Origin: a virus
Length of the DNA stretch: 64,000 nt
Direction: 5' to 3' (one strand)
Virus record (IMG/VR): IMGVR_UViG_3300044910_000908
Span: 17,068-81,067 of that record
Positions 59,895-64,000 of this stretch are shown piece by piece. The notes under the pieces were generated by a model, which was not told the DNA's origin, did not search any database, and worked only from the letters and a program-made list of their open reading frames with translations. The position numbers were made by a program, and so were the translations under genes. Numbering within the stretch: the first letter of the stretch is position 1; the number at the start of each line of letters is the position of its first letter.

Positions 59895-60533
59895 TCAATT
59901 GTCATTTTTTAACCTATTAGGTATTATTGGTTTATTCATCCAATGATCGTCTGTGACAACGTGGTTCTTTCTAACATATTTGGCAACACTATGTTTAAAT
60001 GCTGATATATGAAAAATATCTTTTAATCTAATTACAAATCCTTCTTGTTTTTCAAAATTCATTGTATTAATTAATTCATTTATAATATCTTCATTATACA
60101 TTCCATCATATAATACTGGAACTGTTGTTAATCCTAAGTTTCTACATTCTTCAACAGTATCATCCCAATGACAACATAAATCATTAGAATACGTTGAAAA
60201 TACTTCAAAATAAGAAGTTAAATTATCGTAAGGAATACTGTGTTGAGCATAAAGATTTTCACCACAAAATCTTAAACTTTCATGAACTTGATATGCAATT
60301 AAAGGAACAACATTGCCTTTAATCCAATTTCGAGAAGGATGATTATTACTATCAATAGAACGAGCGTGAAGATAACCATCAGCATAAATCGTGGTATTTT
60401 CGCCATCTCGTTTTTCAGAAATGATAATATGTTTATTTTTAAAATGGTCCATATTCCTCAGAACTTTATCATCTGATGTAGCACCAGGTGATTGAGGAAT
60501 ATGGAATGTTCTTTGATATTTAATTCTGTCCAT
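59895..60533 (-). CDS. ATP-dependent RNA ligase (Rnl2-like nucleotidyltransferase domain)
   Basis: EKRDGEN motif I, GEN, FEVF, EGFV, AKYVR. Confidence 0.85.
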   Translation of the reverse strand: MDRIKYQRTFHIPQSPGATSDDKVLRNMDHFKNKHIIISEKRDGENTTIYADGYLHARSIDSNNHPSRNWIKGNVVPLIAYQVHESLRFCGENLYAQHSIPYDNLTSYFEVFSTYSNDLCCHWDDTVEECRNLGLTTVPVLYDGMYNEDIINELINTMNFEKQEGFVIRLKDIFHISAFKHSVAKYVRKNHVVTDDHWMNKPIIPNRLKNDN

Positions 60534-61000
60534 TACAAACTTTTCAACAAATTTTCAGGTTTAACCATTTCTTTATTGATATAAAAATGGCCGTGGGAAA
60601 ATACAACTTTTTTATCATTTACTTCAAGCATAATTCCACGATTTTTAAAAGGAATATGCTTTGTATTCAAGACATCTTTCAAAGATTTCAAATCAGTGAA
60701 TGATAATTTTTTAGAAGAATCACCTCTTCTTTTACCAGAAGAAACTTCTTCATGTTCTCCATTTTTACGCATTTCTTTTAATTCTTTATTAAGAGCAATT
60801 AATTTTTCATCCATCGCTCTATGGGTTTCTTTAACAAGTTTATAAGTTGAAATTGCTACTTCATCATTTGGATTATCTTTTTTATATGCTCTAGCAACTT
60901 CTAATTCTTTATTAACAACTAGTTTTTGTTTAGCAAATTCTGCTTTTGCTGCCAATTTTTCTTTGTATGTTTGAGTTTTCATCTTAATTCTCCAATTCAT
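60533..61000 (-). CDS. Basic hypothetical protein
   Basis: 155 aa Lys-rich ORF downstream of an early-type promoter. Confidence 0.55.
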   Translation of the reverse strand: MNWRIKMKTQTYKEKLAAKAEFAKQKLVVNKELEVARAYKKDNPNDEVAISTYKLVKETHRAMDEKLIALNKELKEMRKNGEHEEVSSGKRRGDSSKKLSFTDLKSLKDVLNTKHIPFKNRGIMLEVNDKKVVFSHGHFYINKEMVKPENLLKSL

Positions 61001-61110
61001 CTTTTTGAGGGGTTTTTAATTCAGTATTTTCTGAACTTGGATATATAATATACTATCTATCGGAAAAGTAAACAATTATTTTCAAAAAAGTGTTAATTAC
61101 TTAACAAAAT

Positions 61111-61184
61111 TGGAGCAGATTGTGAGAATCAAACTCACTTCTCTTGGGCGGAAACCAAGGGCACAATCAATATACCAAATCTGC
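61111..61184 (-). tRNA. tRNA-Gly(UCC) with atypical D and T loops
   Basis: GCAGATT/AATCTGC acceptor, U73, CCA, CTTGG/CCAAG stem with TT-TCC-GC loop. Confidence 0.8.
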
Positions 61185-61226
61185 ATATTTAAAATTAATT
61201 GTAGCATATTTTTACTATTTATAAAT

Positions 61227-61261
61227 GAATCTCGGCGCTCTACCAATTGAGCTACACCTGC
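61227..61261 (-). pseudogene. Isolated 5' half of a tRNA (Gly-like)
   Basis: GCAGGTG TA GCTC AATTGGTA GAGC G CCGAG ATTC, then sequence breaks into TATAAATA; no matching 3' half seen. Confidence 0.75.
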
Positions 61262-62180
61262 ATTATTATTTTAAAGTTAATTCATATCCTCTAATATAAC
61301 TTTTAATTTTTCTTTCACGCCATTCTAATAAAACATAAGGTAAATCAAAATACTCATTGTTTTGATTATTTATAACAATAATTCTACCATACCAATATTT
61401 ATTAGTAAATAATCTTGTTATTTTCCAAATAGCAATATCAAATAATGCATTCATTATTCCCATTAACGTCCAAATTAAACATGGAATTGCTATTAAACAA
61501 GTTAAAAACCAATAATACAGTTTCAGATATTTCATTATTAATTTACTTGGTATAATCTAATAGCAGTAGTTTTTGAGGCACTAATACCTGCACTATCAAA
61601 TACTGATACAACTTGTTTTTCGTGTGTAATAATCGAAGTATAAGCTTCATTTGCTTCTGCATAAGAATCAAATTCTACAACATCTTGCGCAACAGAAGTA
61701 TGACCAGTTTCAGATACAGCAACAGTTTTTACTAAAATTTTATGTTTCATTTCTTCTTCCTCATTATGTTTTTTGAATATGTGTTAATTATAAAGAACTA
61801 GTTATCAAAATTTATAGAAATTTGGCTATATCAAGCTCAATCATAATTTCATACTCATACCATCTATGACGAGAAAAATTATGTTCTTTAAACTCTTTAA
61901 AATGATTAATGACTTTAGGACTATATTTCAACTCCTCTAACTTAACCAAAAGCGCATCAAGATATGTGATGATATTATTCTTAGCCCAAGAACTCAATAT
62001 CTCTCGTTGAGATTTTTGAACCTCTTCTTCAATAGTAAAATCAGAATTATAAATCCCTTCAGGAGTAATAATACCAGCTTTTACTAGAAGTCGTCTTTTA
62101 TCTTCAACTGTTAATTTATTTATTTGCTCAATAATCAAATCTATTTTGTTATCATCAATCATATTATTTCCTATCAAAAA

Positions 62181-62257
62181 TGGTACTACCGGTCAGAGTC
62201 GAACTGACACTGTCTGGAATCTAAATCCAGTGCCTCTGCCAATTGGGCTACGGTAGC
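62181..62257 (-). tRNA. tRNA-Leu(UAG) with short variable loop
   Basis: GCTACCG/CGGTAGT acceptor, A73, CCA, CTGGA/TCCAG stem with TT-TAG-AT loop, T loop TTCGACT. Confidence 0.9.
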
Positions 62258-63114
62258 ATTTTAATCTTCAATTTCTATTAAATCTAATTCCCAATTTTCA
62301 TAGGAACTTCCATCTGCATTCCAAACATATTCCCAATCTTCAGCATAAAAACAAGATTCTAAACAAACATCTTGAAAAGAAACATTTATCCAATGCCCAT
62401 TTCTCATTCTAACTTTTACAGGTTGTTTAGAATTTAATATTCTATTCAAAAGTGTATATGTAAAAAAACTAAATTCGTTTTTATCTCTCAACAATTTTTC
62501 ATTTAACATATTATAGAATCCTTAAATTCTTCATATAGATAATTGTCTTCAATAGCTTCAATTAATGTATGACCATTACAAATAATTCTATCACCTTGAC
62601 AATTATTCATAATAAATTCTGAATATTCTTCATAATATTCATCATTATCAAACTTTGTTTCAAATTCTTCTGTTGTCATATTAAATTGTCCTATTGAACT
62701 ATTTCACATTCACCATGAACTTCAACAAATTTATCTATGATGGTCGTTAATTCAGGACTGAATCCATAATCTTTGCCCATACCAATATACAACTCTTTGT
62801 ATTTAGCTTCATAAAATGGAACAAATCGATCTTTTTCCATTATTGTAATAGATTCATTATATCCATAACCTATCTCTTCTGCAAAAACTGCTAAATCACC
62901 AATGTCATACATTTATTTAACTCCTATATTTGTTTATTAAAATTTTGGAAATATTAACAATTCATGAGGTATTGTTAATAATATTGTTATTATATTAATA
63001 ACTGTAAATATTATTCTGCTTGATTGGGACATTGAAGACATAGATACTCCTATCAAACTTATGAATCCCCACCAAAATAAAACATTTCCCATTTTCTGTT
63101 TTCCTAAATTTATT

Positions 63115-63441
63115 TTAAAGACTTTTAACAATTTTAAATATTCGTATTCCATCTGAAACACTTAACCCATCTTTATGCATTTTATTTTTCAATTTTACTG
63201 CTTTTTTCAAATACTCGCAATGGGCATGCCCGTTCCAATCATGGGTATTATTTTTTATTTCATATTCCCAACTGCATCCATCAACATGGTTCCAAGTGCA
63301 AAGCATTCCGTGTAACTGAATTGCAAGTTTTTCGTCATCTGAAAGAGCTTGTTCATGCTTCAACTGCTCTTTCAATAAAGCAATCTCATTTTCTTTTTCT
63401 AATATTTTTTGCTCTATGCTAGTCATCGTCTTAATCCTCAA
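63115..63441 (-). CDS. Hypothetical protein
   Basis: LH..LC..NH.DGC.W.YE motif; early promoter upstream. Confidence 0.6.
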   Translation of the reverse strand: MRIKTMTSIEQKILEKENEIALLKEQLKHEQALSDDEKLAIQLHGMLCTWNHVDGCSWEYEIKNNTHDWNGHAHCEYLKKAVKLKNKMHKDGLSVSDGIRIFKIVKSL

Positions 63442-63510
63442 GTGGTTTTTAAATTATGATTAAATTATAATACTGTTCTCTTCAAAAGTAAACTTAATTT
63501 TAAAAACTAC

Positions 63511-63837
63511 TTAACATTTTTCAACATCAAACTTATAACCTAATTTCTTTGCTATAATTTGTTTTGTTTCTTCATTCCCTTCCTTTATAGCTAGTTCCAA
63601 ATTATAAGATGGGAATGCTGAAATACCACCACATTTTATACATTCTCCTGCGATAAAGGTAGTATGATATCCCCCACCTAATTGCATATAACTATATTCT
63701 TTATCACCGTTAGTTCTAATTTCTCCATAACAATCGCAAAGTTTGCCAACATTCGGCTTGCTTACTAATTCTTTTGCTTTTTTGAAAAATTTACTAAACC
63801 ACATTTTATTCTCCATATTTCTGATATCAATGTTCAT
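63511..63837 (-). CDS. Hypothetical zinc-binding protein
   Basis: CDC and CIKC pairs. Confidence 0.5.
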   Translation of the reverse strand: MNIDIRNMENKMWFSKFFKKAKELVSKPNVGKLCDCYGEIRTNGDKEYSYMQLGGGYHTTFIAGECIKCGGISAFPSYNLELAIKEGNEETKQIIAKKLGYKFDVEKC

Positions 63838-64000
63838 TTCTTCACTTCAAAAACAATTTCACATCCACAACCAAACCATTTCCAGTTATCTAAATAGCTG
63901 AAATTAATTAAATCTCGTCTTCGCACTTCATATATTTCATATGCCAATTTTTCACTTCTATGAACATTCAACTTTCTAGCAAGATATACTTTCACCTTAA

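Noticed and set aside
61224-61261. Half tRNA read as an opal suppressor or tRNA-Sec with UCA anticodon
   Set aside because: No 3' anticodon stem, T arm or acceptor partner; TGA is used as a normal stop in this window
1-64000. Stop-codon reassignment
   Set aside because: Conserved genes are full length under the standard bacterial code and coding density is high

Overview
A 64 kb, very AT-rich segment of a large lytic tailed dsDNA phage, distantly T4-like. Almost every gene is on the minus strand. The core is a replication, recombination and nucleotide-metabolism module: the C-terminal half of a split family B DNA polymerase, a probable sliding clamp, class Ia NrdA/NrdB, UvsW, UvsY, UvsX and gp32. 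Around it are many small accessory genes driven by repeated TTTAC(T/A)-N16/17-TATAAT early promoters and a few TATAAATA late-type promoters. Two things stand out. (1) A tightly coupled five-gene cassette upstream of nrdA encodes a T4 beta-glucosyltransferase-like N-domain fused to an SGNH domain, myo-inositol-1-phosphate synthase, a HAD phosphatase, a SAM methyltransferase and an aGPT-PPlase/amino acid:DNA transferase-like protein. It looks like an inositol-based DNA hypermodification pathway. (2) Two tRNA genes, Thr-UGU and probably Asn-GUU, are interrupted in the anticodon loop by 28 and 34 nt hairpin inserts sharing a CUUUC..GAGAGU core and an AC 3' end; the same window encodes HD-Pnk, an RNA ligase, a Tpt1/ART-like protein and a macrodomain. 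Also present: a stand-alone Hint domain, a minimal thymidylate-synthase-like gene, NAD/ADP-ribose enzymes, host-envelope mimics (OprI/Lpp, pilin) and several candidate structured RNAs. All protein assignments come from motif recognition by eye; no database searches were run.
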